This document shows, in pieces, positions 1-10,809 of a DNA stretch of 64,000 nt. Under the pieces are notes generated by a model, which saw only the letters and a program-made list of their open reading frames with translations, ran no database searches and was not told where the DNA came from. A program made the translations under genes and the position numbers. The DNA comes from a bacterium (GTDB lineage Bacteria; Patescibacteriota; Microgenomatia; UBA1400; UBA12108): NCBI GenBank assembly GCA_043827085.1, contig JBDRPO010000016.1:42752-106751 (forward strand), in the 5' to 3' direction. Every line of letters starts with the position of its first letter. The first letter of the stretch is position 1.

Positions 1-2
1 GC

Positions 3-506
3 AAAATCGGCGAAGAAATGGAAGTCGTCGGTATGGGCAAAGACAAAAAAACCGTCGTAACCGGTGTCGAAATGTTTAGAAAACAACTCGACCAAGGTCA
101 GGCTGGTGATAATGTCGGACTCCTCCTTCGAGGTATTGAAAAAGATGATATTGAGCGCGGTCAAGTTATCGCCAAGCCCGGTAGTATCAAACCACACACC
201 GATTTTGAAGCTGAGGTATACGTTCTTACCAAAGAAGAAGGTGGTCGTCACACTCCATTCTTCTCCGGCTACAAACCCCAGTTCTACTTCAAGACAACTG
301 ACATCACCGGTGAGATCAAACTTCCAGAAGGAGTAGAGATGGTTATGCCAGGTGACAACGCCAAGATGACCGTCAAACTTATCGTCCCAGTCGCCATGGA
401 AGACGGTCTCAACTTCGCCATTCGCGAAGGCGGTAAAACCGTCGGTGCTGGCATCATTACTAAAATTTTGGCCGACAGTAAGCCAGAAATAAAAGCTAAG
501 AAATAA
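3..506 (+). CDS. tuf: Elongation factor Tu, C-terminal part (gene starts before the window)
   Basis: [28 protein letters not shown] and [13 protein letters not shown] motifs. Confidence 0.98.
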   Translation, partial: KIGEEMEVVGMGKDKKTVVTGVEMFRKQLDQGQAGDNVGLLLRGIEKDDIERGQVIAKPGSIKPHTDFEAEVYVLTKEEGGRHTPFFSGYKPQFYFKTTDITGEIKLPEGVEMVMPGDNAKMTVKLIVPVAMEDGLNFAIREGGKTVGAGIITKILADSKPEIKAKK

Positions 507-519
507 GGACATGGATCTC

Positions 520-555
520 TAAAAGGACTTTCCTTCGAAGAAAGAGAGTCCTTTT
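520..555 (+). terminator. Putative intrinsic terminator after tuf
   Basis: AAAAGGACTTTC...GAGAGTCCTTTT hairpin directly after the stop codon. Confidence 0.6.
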
Positions 556-599
556 ACTAAATAGTTATGTACAGCTCATGAGTTACCCTCATAGAGCAA

Positions 600-631
600 A
601 GATACGGTCCCGCCTTGGCAGGACCGTATCT
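600..631. repeat. Intergenic hairpin upstream of rpsJ
   Basis: AGATACGGTCC-CGCCTTGGCA-GGACCGTATCT, perfect 11-bp stem. Confidence 0.7.
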
Positions 632-646
632 TAATTTAAAAAACAT

Positions 647-955
647 ATGGCAACCAACCGTATTAGAGTTAAGCTCAAATCTTTTGACCACCGCGTCATC
701 GACGAGGCAGCTCAAAAGATCGTCGATACCGCCATTCAGACCGGCGCCAGCGTTGTCGGTCCAGTTCCTCTCCCGACTCGCCGCAAGCTCATGGTTGTCT
801 TGACTAGTCCTCACGTCGATAAAAATGCCCGCGAACATTTCCAAATCCTGACCCACAAACGCTTAATTGACATCGAGAAGCCGACTGGCAAAACCATCGA
901 TTCACTGATGCACCTAGAACTTCCCGCCGGAGTAGGTATCGAAGTCAAGATGTAA
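647..955 (+). CDS. rpsJ: 30S ribosomal protein S10
   Basis: [28 protein letters not shown]; first gene of the S10 operon. Confidence 0.98.
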   Translation: MATNRIRVKLKSFDHRVIDEAAQKIVDTAIQTGASVVGPVPLPTRRKLMVVLTSPHVDKNAREHFQILTHKRLIDIEKPTGKTIDSLMHLELPAGVGIEVKM

Positions 956-962
956 GGATTTT

Positions 963-1628
963 ATGATCACAATAATATACGGTCAAAAAATTGGCATGGG
1001 TGAGGCCTATCTCGGCGATACCCGTCGTGGAGTCACCAAAATTGAACTCTACCCAATGACCATTTCACAGCTGAAAACCGTTGAAAAAGATGGTTATTCC
1101 GCTCTCCAAGTCGGTTTTGGTAAGCGTAAGAAAAATCGCGAACTTACCTTTTTCGAAGGTCTAGAAAAGGGTAGCGTAATCAATCCTGGGGACGTTGTTG
1201 CCGTTGGCTCAGTTTGTGATATTCAGGGTACTTCAAAAGGTAAGGGTTTTGCTGGCGTCGTCAAACGCTGGAACTTCGCAGGCGGCCCCCGCACCCACGG
1301 CCAATCCGACCGCTTACGTGCACCAGGTTCTATCGGCCAAGGTACAACTCCAGGTCGCGTACACAAAGGCAAAAAGATGGCGGGCCGCATGGGTGGAGAC
1401 ACCGTGACCGTCAAAAAATCTCTCATTGTCGCCATGGACGGGAATGCCATTTGGGTCACTGGTCCGGTTCCAGGTGCTCGCCACTCCCTCATCCGCCTCG
1501 AAGTTATCAGTAAGCAAGACGCCGTCGAACTGTCCTATTTGACTGGTGGACTTCCCGTCAAAATTGTATCTAGCGTCAACGAAAAAAATCCAGAGCTTGT
1601 CGAAGAATCAGCCGAGGTAAAGGCATAA
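963..1628 (+). CDS. rplC: 50S ribosomal protein L3
   Basis: SKGKGFAGVVKRWNF, RAPGSIG, KGKKMAGRMG. Confidence 0.97.
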   Translation: MITIIYGQKIGMGEAYLGDTRRGVTKIELYPMTISQLKTVEKDGYSALQVGFGKRKKNRELTFFEGLEKGSVINPGDVVAVGSVCDIQGTSKGKGFAGVVKRWNFAGGPRTHGQSDRLRAPGSIGQGTTPGRVHKGKKMAGRMGGDTVTVKKSLIVAMDGNAIWVTGPVPGARHSLIRLEVISKQDAVELSYLTGGLPVKIVSSVNEKNPELVEESAEVKA

Positions 1629-1632
1629 TAAT

Positions 1633-2259
1633 ATGAATATTCCTGTATTTGACCTCAAAGGTAAAGCTCTAGACGCCTGGAAAATCGACGACAAGTCCTT
1701 CGGTTGTGGGAATGATGTCCTCCTTGCTCAAGCAGTCCGGGTTTATACCAGCAACTCCCACCAAAAAACCCACAAAGTCTTAACTCGCGGCGAAGTTCAA
1801 GGTAGTACCAGAAAGATTTACCGCCAAAAAGGTACGGGTAATGCGAGGCACGGCGCCAAATACGCCCCAATCTTCGTTGGTGGTGGTATCGCCCACGGTC
1901 CAACGGGTGTGAGACCTGAAAATATGATCCTCCCCAAAAGCATGCGCCGAGCTGCGCTGCGAGCCGCCATACAAACTAAGCTTGTTGAGAAAACCATCTC
2001 TGGCCTTAGTGGGATTAAAACCTTCTCCGGCAAAACCTCTGGCCTCGTCAAGTTGCTTGCAACTGTTGCGGGTCACCCACAGAAATCAGTTCTCATGGTG
2101 ACCGACGGCAAAGCCATCCCCCTCTACCTTGGAGTCGCCAATCTCCAGGGTGTCAGCATGAAACGCGCAAGTCTTGTCAATGCCTACGATCTCATTGCGA
2201 GCGACCATCTAGTCCTCACCAAAAAAGCCTTAGAAACTATTACCAAAAGGACCCTATGA
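1633..2259 (+). CDS. rplD: 50S ribosomal protein L4
   Basis: TRGEV, RQKGTGNARHG, GGGIAHGP. Confidence 0.97.
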   Translation: MNIPVFDLKGKALDAWKIDDKSFGCGNDVLLAQAVRVYTSNSHQKTHKVLTRGEVQGSTRKIYRQKGTGNARHGAKYAPIFVGGGIAHGPTGVRPENMILPKSMRRAALRAAIQTKLVEKTISGLSGIKTFSGKTSGLVKLLATVAGHPQKSVLMVTDGKAIPLYLGVANLQGVSMKRASLVNAYDLIASDHLVLTKKALETITKRTL

Positions 2260-2543
2260 CTTTAATCAAACCCGTCATCACCGAAAAATCCATGCTCTCC
2301 GCCCGTCGCGGTATTTACACCTTTATGGTCCTGCTCGCTGCGGGTAAAAATCAAGTCAAAGAGGCCGTCGAAACGGCCTTTAAAGTTAAAGTTATCGCTA
2401 TCAATATCCTCCGTCGTCACGTGCCGGGGAAATCTACCGGTTCCAAACGTCTAAAAGGTAGTCCCAGCCAAACCAAGTTTGCCTCCGTCAAGTTAGTCAA
2501 AGGGCAATCAATTGATTTATTTGATCAGAAGGATAGTAAATAA
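2256..2543 (+). CDS. rplW: 50S ribosomal protein L23
   Basis: PVITEKS, K.QVKEAVE..FKVKV; synteny. Confidence 0.95.
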   Translation: MTLIKPVITEKSMLSARRGIYTFMVLLAAGKNQVKEAVETAFKVKVIAINILRRHVPGKSTGSKRLKGSPSQTKFASVKLVKGQSIDLFDQKDSK

Positions 2544-2544
2544 T

Positions 2545-3372
2545 ATGTTAAAAGCCAAAAATCCTACTTCTGCCGGTGTTCGCCATCAAGTCGATTTTGA
2601 TCGTGGCTTGACCGCCAGTAGTCCCGAGAAATCCCTGACTGTCGCCAAAAAGCAAAACTCCGGGAGAAATAATCATGGCCACGTCACCACTCGTCATCGG
2701 GGCGGGGGAGAGAAACGCCGTTTGCGTCTCCTAGATTACAAACGCAACAAGCCAGGCATCGAAGCTCGTGTGGTTTCGATCGAATACGATCCCAATCGGA
2801 GTGCTAATATCGCTCTCCTCTATTACCGCGATGGTGAAAAACGCTACATTTTGGCTCCCGACGGCTTGACTGTGGACTCACTGATTGTTTCAGGTCCAGA
2901 TGCTGAACCCAAAGTCGGTAATTCCCTTCCCATGAAAAAAATCCCCATAGGGCTCCCCATCCACAATCTCGAACTTAAAGTAGGTCGTGGTGGCCAAATT
3001 GTTCGCTCTGCAGGCACTTTTTCCTTAATTCAATCCAAGGAAGGGGAATTTGTTACTGTCAAGCTCCCTTCAGGGGAAATAAGATTGCTTAAAGGTGAAT
3101 GTTTTGCTACAATCGGCCAGGTCTCTAATCTGGATCACAAGAACCGGAAAATAGGGAAAGCTGGGCGGAAACGCCACATGGGTTGGCGTCCAGCCGTTCG
3201 TGGTATCGCTCAGCACCCCGGGTCTCACCCCCACGGTGGTGGAGAGGGCAGGTCAGGCATCGGTATGCCAGGACCCAAGACTCCTTGGGGCAAACCCGCA
3301 CTTGGTAAAAAGACTAGAGGCCGCTACAAATACTCGAATAAATACATTATTAAAGGCAGGAGAGTGAAATAA
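2545..3372 (+). CDS. rplB: 50S ribosomal protein L2
   Basis: GRNNHG, IEYDPNRSANIAL, HPHGGGEG; ATG at 2545 chosen as start. Confidence 0.98.
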   Translation: MLKAKNPTSAGVRHQVDFDRGLTASSPEKSLTVAKKQNSGRNNHGHVTTRHRGGGEKRRLRLLDYKRNKPGIEARVVSIEYDPNRSANIALLYYRDGEKRYILAPDGLTVDSLIVSGPDAEPKVGNSLPMKKIPIGLPIHNLELKVGRGGQIVRSAGTFSLIQSKEGEFVTVKLPSGEIRLLKGECFATIGQVSNLDHKNRKIGKAGRKRHMGWRPAVRGIAQHPGSHPHGGGEGRSGIGMPGPKTPWGKPALGKKTRGRYKYSNKYIIKGRRVK

Positions 3373-3657
3373 ATGAGCCGCAGCAGTGCCAAAGGACCAT
3401 ACGTCGACGCTAAACTTCTAGCGAAGGTTATGAAGGCTGGTATGTCTGGCACCAAAATGCCCATCAAGACATGGGCTCGTGCCTCAAGTATCCCCCCAGA
3501 GTTCGTTGGGCACACCTTCCTCGTCCACAACGGGCGGGTATTCAAAGAAGTTTTTGTTTCTGAAGGTATGGTAGGTCACAAACTGGGAGAATTCTCTCCG
3601 ACCCGCACCTTCCGTGGTCACGGCAAGATCGTTAAACGCACACTCACAAAGACCTAA
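3373..3657 (+). CDS. rpsS: 30S ribosomal protein S19
   Basis: [29 protein letters not shown]. Confidence 0.98.
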   Translation: MSRSSAKGPYVDAKLLAKVMKAGMSGTKMPIKTWARASSIPPEFVGHTFLVHNGRVFKEVFVSEGMVGHKLGEFSPTRTFRGHGKIVKRTLTKT

Positions 3658-3661
3658 ACTT

Positions 3662-4006
3662 ATGAAAACTATTCAACGCTTTGTCCGCACCAGTCCCCGC
3701 AAACTCCGTCTTGTGGCCGATGCCGTCCGCAAACTTTCGCCCGGTGAAGCCCTCCTCCACCTAAAATTCACCGGCAAAGCCGCCGCTCTCCCCATGTACA
3801 AAGCTATTAAACAAGCGGTATCAAACGCCAAAGATCAAACAGGCCTCACCGTCGATAAACTTGCCTTTAAAACCCTCGACGTCATGGAGGGTCCCACCTA
3901 CAAACGTTTCCAAGCAGTGTCCCGTGGAATGGCCCATTCTATTATGAAGCGCACTAGTCATATTCGTGTTGAGCTGAAGGAGGTTAGCCGTGGGCCAAAA
4001 AGTTAA
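3662..4006 (+). CDS. rplV: 50S ribosomal protein L22
   Basis: RTSPRKLRLVADAVR, KRTSHIRV; ATG at 3662. Confidence 0.97.
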   Translation: MKTIQRFVRTSPRKLRLVADAVRKLSPGEALLHLKFTGKAAALPMYKAIKQAVSNAKDQTGLTVDKLAFKTLDVMEGPTYKRFQAVSRGMAHSIMKRTSHIRVELKEVSRGPKS

Positions 4007-4640
4007 CCCCCTAAGTTTCCGCTTAGGTATCCTCTATAAGGCTTCATCTACTTGGTTTGCCGCCAAGAAAGATTACCAGGGTCTAGTTCTCTCGGACATC
4101 AAGATTAAACAATTTATCTTCAAACGCCTCACTCTCGCCGGTATTGTTTCCGTGGAAATCGAACGCTCCATCAACATCATCAAAATCATCGTGAGCGCCG
4201 GCAGACCCGGCGTGATTATTGGCCGTGGTGGTGCCAATCTCGAGATCCTCAAAAAAGAACTCGAAGCCTACCTCAAAAAAATCGGCTCCGGCAACTCGCT
4301 CAAGTTCCAACTCGATGTCAAAGAAGTCAAAAATCCCGATCTTTCCGCCAAACTCGTCGGCGAGCGGATTGCCGAACAGCTTATCAAACGTTATCCTCAC
4401 CGCCGTGCTGTGAGCCAAGCTCAGGAGCGCGTAATGTCTGCTGGAGCCAAAGGTATCAAAATCCAACTCTCTGGCCGTGTAGGGGGTGCCGAAATCGGCC
4501 GTAGCGAAAAATATCCCATGGGCACCATTCCCACTCAAACTCTCCGCTCCGATATTGACTACGCAAAAGTTCCAGCCCTCACTCGCTCCGGTTACGTCGG
4601 AATCAAAGTCTGGATTTATAAAGGCGAGGCAGTTATATGA
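3990..4640 (+). CDS. rpsC: 30S ribosomal protein S3
   Basis: GQKVNP..FRLGI, RPGVIIGRGG, GIKVWIYKG; GTG start. Confidence 0.98.
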   Translation: MGQKVNPLSFRLGILYKASSTWFAAKKDYQGLVLSDIKIKQFIFKRLTLAGIVSVEIERSINIIKIIVSAGRPGVIIGRGGANLEILKKELEAYLKKIGSGNSLKFQLDVKEVKNPDLSAKLVGERIAEQLIKRYPHRRAVSQAQERVMSAGAKGIKIQLSGRVGGAEIGRSEKYPMGTIPTQTLRSDIDYAKVPALTRSGYVGIKVWIYKGEAVI

Positions 4641-5050
4641 TGCAACCAAAAAAATCCAAACACCGCAAAGAGTTCCGTGGCACTATGGGCGGTGTTGCCA
4701 CGCGTGGGGCTACAGTCGCTTTTGGCGATTTTGGTCTCAAAGTCATCGAAAGCGCCTGGATTTCTGCCGCGCAGTTAGAATCCGCGCGCCGCACCATCAC
4801 CCATCACACCAAGCGTGGTGGCAAACTTTGGCTTCGCGTTTTCCCCCACAAACCTCTGACTCACAAAGCCGCTGGGAGCAAAATGGGATCCGGCAAAGGT
4901 GATATCGACAAATATACCGCCGTCGTCAAGCGTGGCACCGTCGTTTTTGAATTAGGTAGTCTCGACGAGGAAACCGCCCGCGAAGCTTTCCGCAAAGCCG
5001 CTTCCAAATTACCCGTCGCGACGAGCTTTGTTATCCGGGGTGCCATATAA
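4637..5050 (+). CDS. rplP: 50S ribosomal protein L16
   Basis: QPKKSKHRK, RVFPHKP, MGSGKG. Confidence 0.98.
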   Translation: MMQPKKSKHRKEFRGTMGGVATRGATVAFGDFGLKVIESAWISAAQLESARRTITHHTKRGGKLWLRVFPHKPLTHKAAGSKMGSGKGDIDKYTAVVKRGTVVFELGSLDEETAREAFRKAASKLPVATSFVIRGAI

Positions 5051-5119
5051 TATGACCTACATCATGAAATCTAATAAAAATCGAAATAGTTGTAGCGAAA
5101 CGAAGTGGAGCGAAATACT

Positions 5120-5329
5120 ATGAAACTCAAAAAAAATGACTATCAAGAACTAAGAAAAGGTGGGGTCAAAGCCATCGATACCAAGCTCGCCGAACTCTCA
5201 GGTGAACTAGTCAAAACTACAATTGCGAAAATGAAAAACGAACTCAAGAATCTTCGCGAGCCTGGGTTAATTCGCAGAGCGATCGCCAAACTCAAAACTA
5301 TTAGAGCCGAATTAAAGGGGGCCAAGTGA
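5120..5329 (+). CDS. rpmC: 50S ribosomal protein L29
   Basis: Small basic protein with IRRAIAKLKTI; lies between rplP and rpsQ. Confidence 0.88.
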   Translation: MKLKKNDYQELRKGGVKAIDTKLAELSGELVKTTIAKMKNELKNLREPGLIRRAIAKLKTIRAELKGAK

Positions 5330-5556
5330 AAAAATTAACCGCCACCGTTATCTCGACCAAACTTGCTCAAAGCGCCGTTGTACTGGTTGAGACTTCCTGG
5401 AAGCACCCCCTCTACAACAAACTCGTCAGAAGGAGTAAAAAATATCTCGTTCAAAATGACGTCAAAGCCAAAGACGGCGAGACCGTTGAGATCCAAGAAA
5501 CCAGGCCCCTCTCAGCTCGCAAACGCTTCACCATTACCAAGGTAATCAAGAAATAA
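5326..5556 (+). CDS. rpsQ: 30S ribosomal protein S17
   Basis: KHPLYNK, ETRPLSARKRF. Confidence 0.96.
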   Translation: MKKLTATVISTKLAQSAVVLVETSWKHPLYNKLVRRSKKYLVQNDVKAKDGETVEIQETRPLSARKRFTITKVIKK

Positions 5557-5560
5557 CAAT

Positions 5561-5932
5561 ATGATACAACTACGCTCAGTCCTCGCTTCAGCCGATAACT
5601 CAGGTGCTCGCCGCCTCAAAGTTATCCACGTCCACGGTGGTTCATGGCGCCGTTTTGGCTACATCGGCGACATGGTCTCAGTCGTAGTTGATGGGGCTGA
5701 CCCCAATGGTACCGTCAAAGACTCCCAACTCGTCAAAGCCGTGATCGTCCGAACTCGTAAAGAGACGAGGCGCGAGGACGGAACCTACGTTCGCTTCGAC
5801 GACAACGCCGCCGTCATTATCGATGAGAAAACCAAAGATCCCATCGCCTCCCGTGTTTTTGGTCCAATCGCGCGTGAAGTCAAAGACCGAGGCTACACCA
5901 AGATCGCCTCGCTTGCAGAGGAGGTAGTATAG
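5561..5932 (+). CDS. rplN: 50S ribosomal protein L14
   Basis: ADNSGA, RFDDNAAVII, RVFGPIARE. Confidence 0.98.
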   Translation: MIQLRSVLASADNSGARRLKVIHVHGGSWRRFGYIGDMVSVVVDGADPNGTVKDSQLVKAVIVRTRKETRREDGTYVRFDDNAAVIIDEKTKDPIASRVFGPIAREVKDRGYTKIASLAEEVV

Positions 5933-5933
5933 T

Positions 5934-6233
5934 ATGAAAAAATTTAAGAAAGGGGACATCGTCCTCGTCACCGGCGGCAAAGACAAGGGCAAAACCGGCG
6001 AAATCATGAGGGTCTTCCCCAAAAAAGACACGGTTATCGTCAAAGGCGCCAATATGTACAAAAAGCACGTCAAACCCACCCAAAATACTCAGGGCGGCAT
6101 GGTAGCCAAAGAACGCCCACTTTCGACCGGTAAAATTATGCTCACAGTAGCAGGTAAACCAGTACGGGTTGGCCTTAAGGTTGAGAAGTCAGGCACCGTC
6201 CGCATCAACAAAAAGACCGGAGGAAAGATATGA
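5934..6233 (+). CDS. rplX: 50S ribosomal protein L24
   Basis: KOW motif KKGDIVLVTGGKDKGKTG. Confidence 0.97.
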   Translation: MKKFKKGDIVLVTGGKDKGKTGEIMRVFPKKDTVIVKGANMYKKHVKPTQNTQGGMVAKERPLSTGKIMLTVAGKPVRVGLKVEKSGTVRINKKTGGKI

Positions 6234-6787
6234 CCGTCGATGCCAATCTAAAGACTCGTTTCGAAACCGACTATAGTCTCAAGCTCATGCAAGAGCTGGG
6301 ACTTAAAAACAAGTTGGCTACGCCTCGCCTGTCCAAAATCATTCTCAACGTCGGCATCTCCAAATCCGACAGCTCCACTAAAGACGTCGAAGTAGTAAAA
6401 GGTGAGCTTGCTGCTTTGTCTGGTCTCTCACCCAAAGTGGGAGGCGCCAAGCAATCTATCGCCGGTTTTAAGATTCGCGCTGGCGACCCCGTCGGTGTGT
6501 CCGTGACTCTTCGCGGGGTAAAAATGTTTGATTTCCTCGATAAATTGTGTAGAATAGTGCTTCCGCAAGTTAAAGATTTTCGCGGAGTCAAAAGTACCGC
6601 TTTTGATGGTCACGGCAACTACACACTCGGACTCTCGGAACAGATAATTTTCCCCGAGATCGATTACGGGAAGACCGAAAAAATTCATGGTTTGGAGATC
6701 GTGATCGTCACGACCGCCAAAAATAATGAGGACGCTTACGCCCTCTTGAAAATACTCGGAATGCCTTTTGAAAAGGCGGATAAATAA
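6230..6787 (+). CDS. rplE: 50S ribosomal protein L5
   Basis: [28 protein letters not shown]. Confidence 0.98.
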   Translation: MTVDANLKTRFETDYSLKLMQELGLKNKLATPRLSKIILNVGISKSDSSTKDVEVVKGELAALSGLSPKVGGAKQSIAGFKIRAGDPVGVSVTLRGVKMFDFLDKLCRIVLPQVKDFRGVKSTAFDGHGNYTLGLSEQIIFPEIDYGKTEKIHGLEIVIVTTAKNNEDAYALLKILGMPFEKADK

Positions 6788-6788
6788 T

Positions 6789-6974
6789 ATGGCACGCAAA
6801 TCACTGGTCCTCAAAAGCCAGCTTAAACCAAAGTTCTCAACCCGCGCTCACAGCCGCTGTAAACTTTGTGGTCGCCCCAAAGCCTACATGCGCCATTTTG
6901 GGATGTGCCGTCTATGCTTTAGACAAGAAGCCCAAAAAGGCAACCTACCAGGAGTTACCAAAGCCAGTTGGTAA
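6789..6974 (+). CDS. rpsN: 30S ribosomal protein S14, Zn-binding type
   Basis: RCKLCGRP...MCRLCFR...PGVTKASW. Confidence 0.97.
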   Translation: MARKSLVLKSQLKPKFSTRAHSRCKLCGRPKAYMRHFGMCRLCFRQEAQKGNLPGVTKASW

Positions 6975-6984
6975 GGATACTTAT

Positions 6985-7380
6985 ATGATTAACGACCACA
7001 TCTCCGACATGCTGACTCGCGTAAAAAATGCTTACGCCATGCACAAAAAAACCGTCTCCATGCCCTATACCAAAGTTATTGAATCTGTGGCTAAAGTCAT
7101 GGAAGATGAAAAGTACCTCTCCAAAGTCGAGGTGACTGGCGAAAAAGCAGCCGACAAAAAATTGGTTTTAACTCTCAGTTACAAATTGGATACCGCGGCA
7201 GTGAGTAGCGTCAAACGCATCTCCAAGCCAGGTGTCCGCATCTATCGTCCTCTCCACAGCTTCCGTCCTGTGCTCTCTGGTATGGGGATCGCGATTCTGA
7301 GTACTTCCAAAGGAATTATGTCTGACCGCCAAGCTAAAATTGCGGGTGTAGGAGGAGAAGTTCTCGCCGAACTTTGGTAA
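6985..7380 (+). CDS. rpsH: 30S ribosomal protein S8
   Basis: DHISDMLTRVKNA, RISKPGVRIY, STSKGIM. Confidence 0.98.
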   Translation: MINDHISDMLTRVKNAYAMHKKTVSMPYTKVIESVAKVMEDEKYLSKVEVTGEKAADKKLVLTLSYKLDTAAVSSVKRISKPGVRIYRPLHSFRPVLSGMGIAILSTSKGIMSDRQAKIAGVGGEVLAELW

Positions 7381-7384
7381 TCAT

Positions 7385-7933
7385 ATGTCAAAAATAGGTC
7401 GTCTACCCATCACCGTTCCTCCCACTGTTACCATCACGGTTAGCGGCAAAGTCGTCACGGTCAAAGGGCCAAAAGGTGAACTTTCCTTGAACATTCAACC
7501 CAAAATTAAACTTGAACAAACCGGCGATCAACTGGTCATTACCCGCGAGAGTGAAGATAAGCCAGTCCGCGCCCTTCATGGCATGACTCGCGCCTTGCTC
7601 TCCAATATGGTTAAAGGCGTGACCGATGGTTTCACCAAAAATCTCGAACTCGTTGGCACAGGGTATCGCGCACGTATGAACGGTAAAACCATTGTCCTTT
7701 CTCTCGGTTTCTCTCACGAAATCGAATTTGTTCCGCCTCAGGGTATCGAAATTAAAGTCGAGGGCACCAACGTTATCACGATCACAGGACGCGACATTCA
7801 AGCCGTCGGTCAAGTCGCCGCTGTCATCAGATCATACAGAAAACCCGAGCCCTACAAAGGTAAGGGTATCCGCTACGCCGGAGAAGTTGTGCGTAGGAAA
7901 GCCGGTAAAGCCGCCAAAGCCGCTGTCGCCTAA
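7385..7933 (+). CDS. rplF: 50S ribosomal protein L6
   Basis: SKIGRLPI, VKGPKGEL, PEPYKGKGIRY. Confidence 0.98.
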   Translation: MSKIGRLPITVPPTVTITVSGKVVTVKGPKGELSLNIQPKIKLEQTGDQLVITRESEDKPVRALHGMTRALLSNMVKGVTDGFTKNLELVGTGYRARMNGKTIVLSLGFSHEIEFVPPQGIEIKVEGTNVITITGRDIQAVGQVAAVIRSYRKPEPYKGKGIRYAGEVVRRKAGKAAKAAVA

Positions 7934-7945
7934 TAAATAATAAAT

Positions 7946-8290
7946 ATGAAAAAACTAGTATCTAAACAGTCACGCATCACTCGAGTCCGCGCCAGTCTCA
8001 AAAGTTCTGGTCGTCCCCGCCTTACCCTTTTCCGCTCTAACGAGCATCTTTGGGCTCAAATTATCGACGATGCATCCGGTAAAACTATAGTCTCCGTAAG
8101 CACCAAGACTATTACAAGTAAAAAAGGTGACACGAAAACTGTTCGCGCTGGCATAGTTGGCACAGAAATCGCGCGTCTTGCTCTCGCCAAAAAACTTAAA
8201 CAAATAGTATTCGATCGTGGCGCATATAAATATCATGGTCGTGTCAAAGCCGTAGCTGATGCGGCCCGTGCCGGCGGACTGGAGTTCTAA
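7946..8290 (+). CDS. rplR: 50S ribosomal protein L18
   Basis: [22 protein letters not shown]. Confidence 0.97.
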   Translation: MKKLVSKQSRITRVRASLKSSGRPRLTLFRSNEHLWAQIIDDASGKTIVSVSTKTITSKKGDTKTVRAGIVGTEIARLALAKKLKQIVFDRGAYKYHGRVKAVADAARAGGLEF

Positions 8291-8291
8291 T

Positions 8292-8831
8292 ATGTACAAC
8301 AATAGATCACAAAACAAAGATCGCGCACCTCGCGCCCCACAGGAATTTGACGAAAAAGTCATCCGCATCTCTCGGGTAACCAAGAAAACCAAGGGTGGCA
8401 ACAACATTAGCTTTACTGCTCTAGTAGTCGTTGGTGACCACAAGGGTCGAGTTGGGGTCGCGCTCGGAAAAGCCAAAGACGTCATGAACGCCATTAAAAA
8501 AGGCGTCCGTCGTGGCAAAAAGACAGTAATCACAGTCCCCTTAGTCGAAAATCGTACTATCCCTCACGAACTCATGGTCAAGTTTGGTGCTGCCAAACTT
8601 ATCCTCAAGCCCGCCCCCGCCGGTACCGGCGTGATCGCGGGAGGCAGTGTTCGCGCCATTCTTGAGCTCGCCGGCATCAAAGACGTTGTCTCCAAGATCC
8701 TCGGCACCAACAACAAGATGAGCAATGTCACCGCAACCTTTGAGGCTCTCAAAATTATGAAAAAAACTGTCGCCATAAAATCTGCGCTCGGTCAAACCAA
8801 CACTAAAAAAACAGTTACCCAAAATCATTAA
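8292..8831 (+). CDS. rpsE: 30S ribosomal protein S5
   Basis: RVTKKTKGG, ALVVVGD, PAPAGTGVIAGG. Confidence 0.98.
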   Translation: MYNNRSQNKDRAPRAPQEFDEKVIRISRVTKKTKGGNNISFTALVVVGDHKGRVGVALGKAKDVMNAIKKGVRRGKKTVITVPLVENRTIPHELMVKFGAAKLILKPAPAGTGVIAGGSVRAILELAGIKDVVSKILGTNNKMSNVTATFEALKIMKKTVAIKSALGQTNTKKTVTQNH

Positions 8832-8840
8832 ATAAAACCT

Positions 8841-9287
8841 ATGCAACTAAACTTACTCCCCAAACTATCCGCCCGCAAAAACAAGCGCCTCGGCCATGGC
8901 TATGGCTCGGGAAAAGGTGGACACACCAGTAGTCGCGGTCAAAAAGGACAAAAGTCCAGGAACCACGTCCGCTTATCATTTACCGGCTCCTCTTGGGTTT
9001 GGTTCAAGCGTTTACCCTTTATGCGAGGGAAAAGTCGTTTTAACTCATTTGGCAAGCGCGCCCTCATCAACCTCTCATCCCTCAATGTATTCCCCGCTGG
9101 TTCAGTCATTACAATGGAAAAGCTCATCGAAGCCAAAATTATCTCCAAAAATCAGGCCACCATCTCTAGGGTTAAAATTGTCGGTACGGGAGAACTCACC
9201 AAAAAACTCAAAGTCATGATTCCGGCGACGACTAGTGCCGTCAAAGCCATCATAGCCGCTAAAGGGGAGTACAGTGGACAAGATTAG
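8841..9287 (+). CDS. rplO: 50S ribosomal protein L15
   Basis: [20 protein letters not shown]; follows rpsE directly with no rpmD. Confidence 0.95.
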   Translation: MQLNLLPKLSARKNKRLGHGYGSGKGGHTSSRGQKGQKSRNHVRLSFTGSSWVWFKRLPFMRGKSRFNSFGKRALINLSSLNVFPAGSVITMEKLIEAKIISKNQATISRVKIVGTGELTKKLKVMIPATTSAVKAIIAAKGEYSGQD

Positions 9288-10560
9288 AGAATTTTTCTCA
9301 ACCTTAAAATCCAACCGCGAACTGCGGACTAGACTCTTAGTAACCCTATTTATTTTTGCTATCTTCCGTTTTGTCACCCACATCCCCGTGCCGGGAGTGA
9401 ATCTCGAAGCCATCAAACAAGTCTTCGCTTCCAATCAACTACTGTCACTTCTTGACGTCTTTTCTGGTGGTACTCTCGCCAACTTTTCCATCCTTGCTCT
9501 AGGCTTAAATCCCTATATCAACGCCTCTATCATTATGCAGCTCATGACCATGATTAACCCCAAGCTAGAAGAGATGCAAAAAGAAGGGGAGACTGGCCAG
9601 AACGTGATTAATGGGTATACCCGGATGCTCGCTGTCCCTCTCTCGATCATGCAAAGCGCCGCCATGTTTATGCTTCTCAAAAATAGTTCGCTGGTCACCG
9701 CAAGTAACCCTCTCGCGATTGTCACGCTCCTTGCGACCATGGCCGCCGGCAGCATCTTCCTCATGTGGCTAGGAGAGAACTTAACCGAGTACGGCATTGG
9801 CAACGGCATCTCCCTTCTCATTTTTGCCGGTATCGTCGGCCGCCTTCCCGTTACTTTCCTCCATACCAGCGCTACGTTCTCGACAGTTAATTCCGCCAGT
9901 ATGATTACTCTTGGCCTTCTTGGCTTATTTGTTATTTATGCAATCGTCGCAATCGACGAAGCCAAACGCCAGATCCCCGTCTCCTACTCGCGCCGCATCC
10001 GTGGTGGAAAAGACGTGGGTGGTGGCACGACGTACCTCCCGATCAAGCTCAATAATGCCGGCGTGATCCCGATTATCTTTGCGATCGCCTTGGTTTTGGC
10101 CCCGAGTATGCTCGCCAACGTCCTCAAAGGAGTCGCCAATTCGACAGTTGCGGGAGCTGCCGCTAGTTTCGCAGCCTGGTTTACCCCAACCTCTATCGCC
10201 TACAACGTCTTCTATTTCATCATGGTCGTGAGCTTTACCTATTTCTATACGGCGGTCGTTTTCGACACCGACAAAATTAGCGATCAGCTCAAACAAAATG
10301 GTGGCTACGTCCCTGGAATCCGCCCCGGCAAAGAGACCTCCAAATACCTAAGCTACATCGTCAAACGTACTACCTTAGCAGGCGCTCTCTTCCTTGGCGC
10401 TATTGCGGTTATGCCAAGTATCATTCAAGGCATGACCGGCATTACCAGTCTCACGATCGGCGGTACCAGTATCTTGATCGTCGTCTCTGTCGTCCTCGAG
10501 ACTTACCGCAAGACCCAGTCCTATCAAGTCGCCCGTAGCTATGATTCGTTTATCAGATAA
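9274..10560 (+). CDS. secY: Preprotein translocase subunit SecY
   Basis: [33 protein letters not shown]. Confidence 0.98.
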   Translation: MDKIREFFSTLKSNRELRTRLLVTLFIFAIFRFVTHIPVPGVNLEAIKQVFASNQLLSLLDVFSGGTLANFSILALGLNPYINASIIMQLMTMINPKLEEMQKEGETGQNVINGYTRMLAVPLSIMQSAAMFMLLKNSSLVTASNPLAIVTLLATMAAGSIFLMWLGENLTEYGIGNGISLLIFAGIVGRLPVTFLHTSATFSTVNSASMITLGLLGLFVIYAIVAIDEAKRQIPVSYSRRIRGGKDVGGGTTYLPIKLNNAGVIPIIFAIALVLAPSMLANVLKGVANSTVAGAAASFAAWFTPTSIAYNVFYFIMVVSFTYFYTAVVFDTDKISDQLKQNGGYVPGIRPGKETSKYLSYIVKRTTLAGALFLGAIAVMPSIIQGMTGITSLTIGGTSILIVVSVVLETYRKTQSYQVARSYDSFIR

Positions 10561-10582
10561 ATATATTATTGAAAGGAAAATC

Positions 10583-10801
10583 ATGTCCAAAAATATCATT
10601 TTCTATGCCCCCGAAGGCGCCGGTAAAACCACTCAGGCCAAAATGTTGGCCGAAAAGTTGGGCATTCCTTGCCAACCCTCCGGCGATTTAGTTCGCCGCA
10701 TGGCCGAGCAAGACAAGGGAATCATGGGTGAAACACTATCACTCCGGGTGACTATCACCCCGGGTGACTATCACCCCGGGTGTGTTAGCCTGGTAATTTA
10801 A
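10583..10801 (+). pseudogene. Truncated adenylate/NMP kinase (N-terminal ~50 aa only)
   Basis: P-loop APEGAGKTTQ and SGDLVR, then homology is lost at a tandem repeat near 10735. Confidence 0.75.
10735..10782. repeat. Three tandem 16-bp near-palindromic repeats ACTATCAC(T/C)CCGGGTG
   Basis: Units at 10735, 10751 and 10767; TCACC-CCG-GGTGA dyad. Confidence 0.92.
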
Positions 10802-10809
10802 CCCGTTTT

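Noticed and set aside
8831-8841. Missing rpmD (L30) as a novelty
   Set aside because: Loss of L30 is an established feature of CPR bacteria; used only as a taxonomic hint
10735-10782. CRISPR array
   Set aside because: 16-bp units are directly adjacent with no spacers, and no cas genes are present
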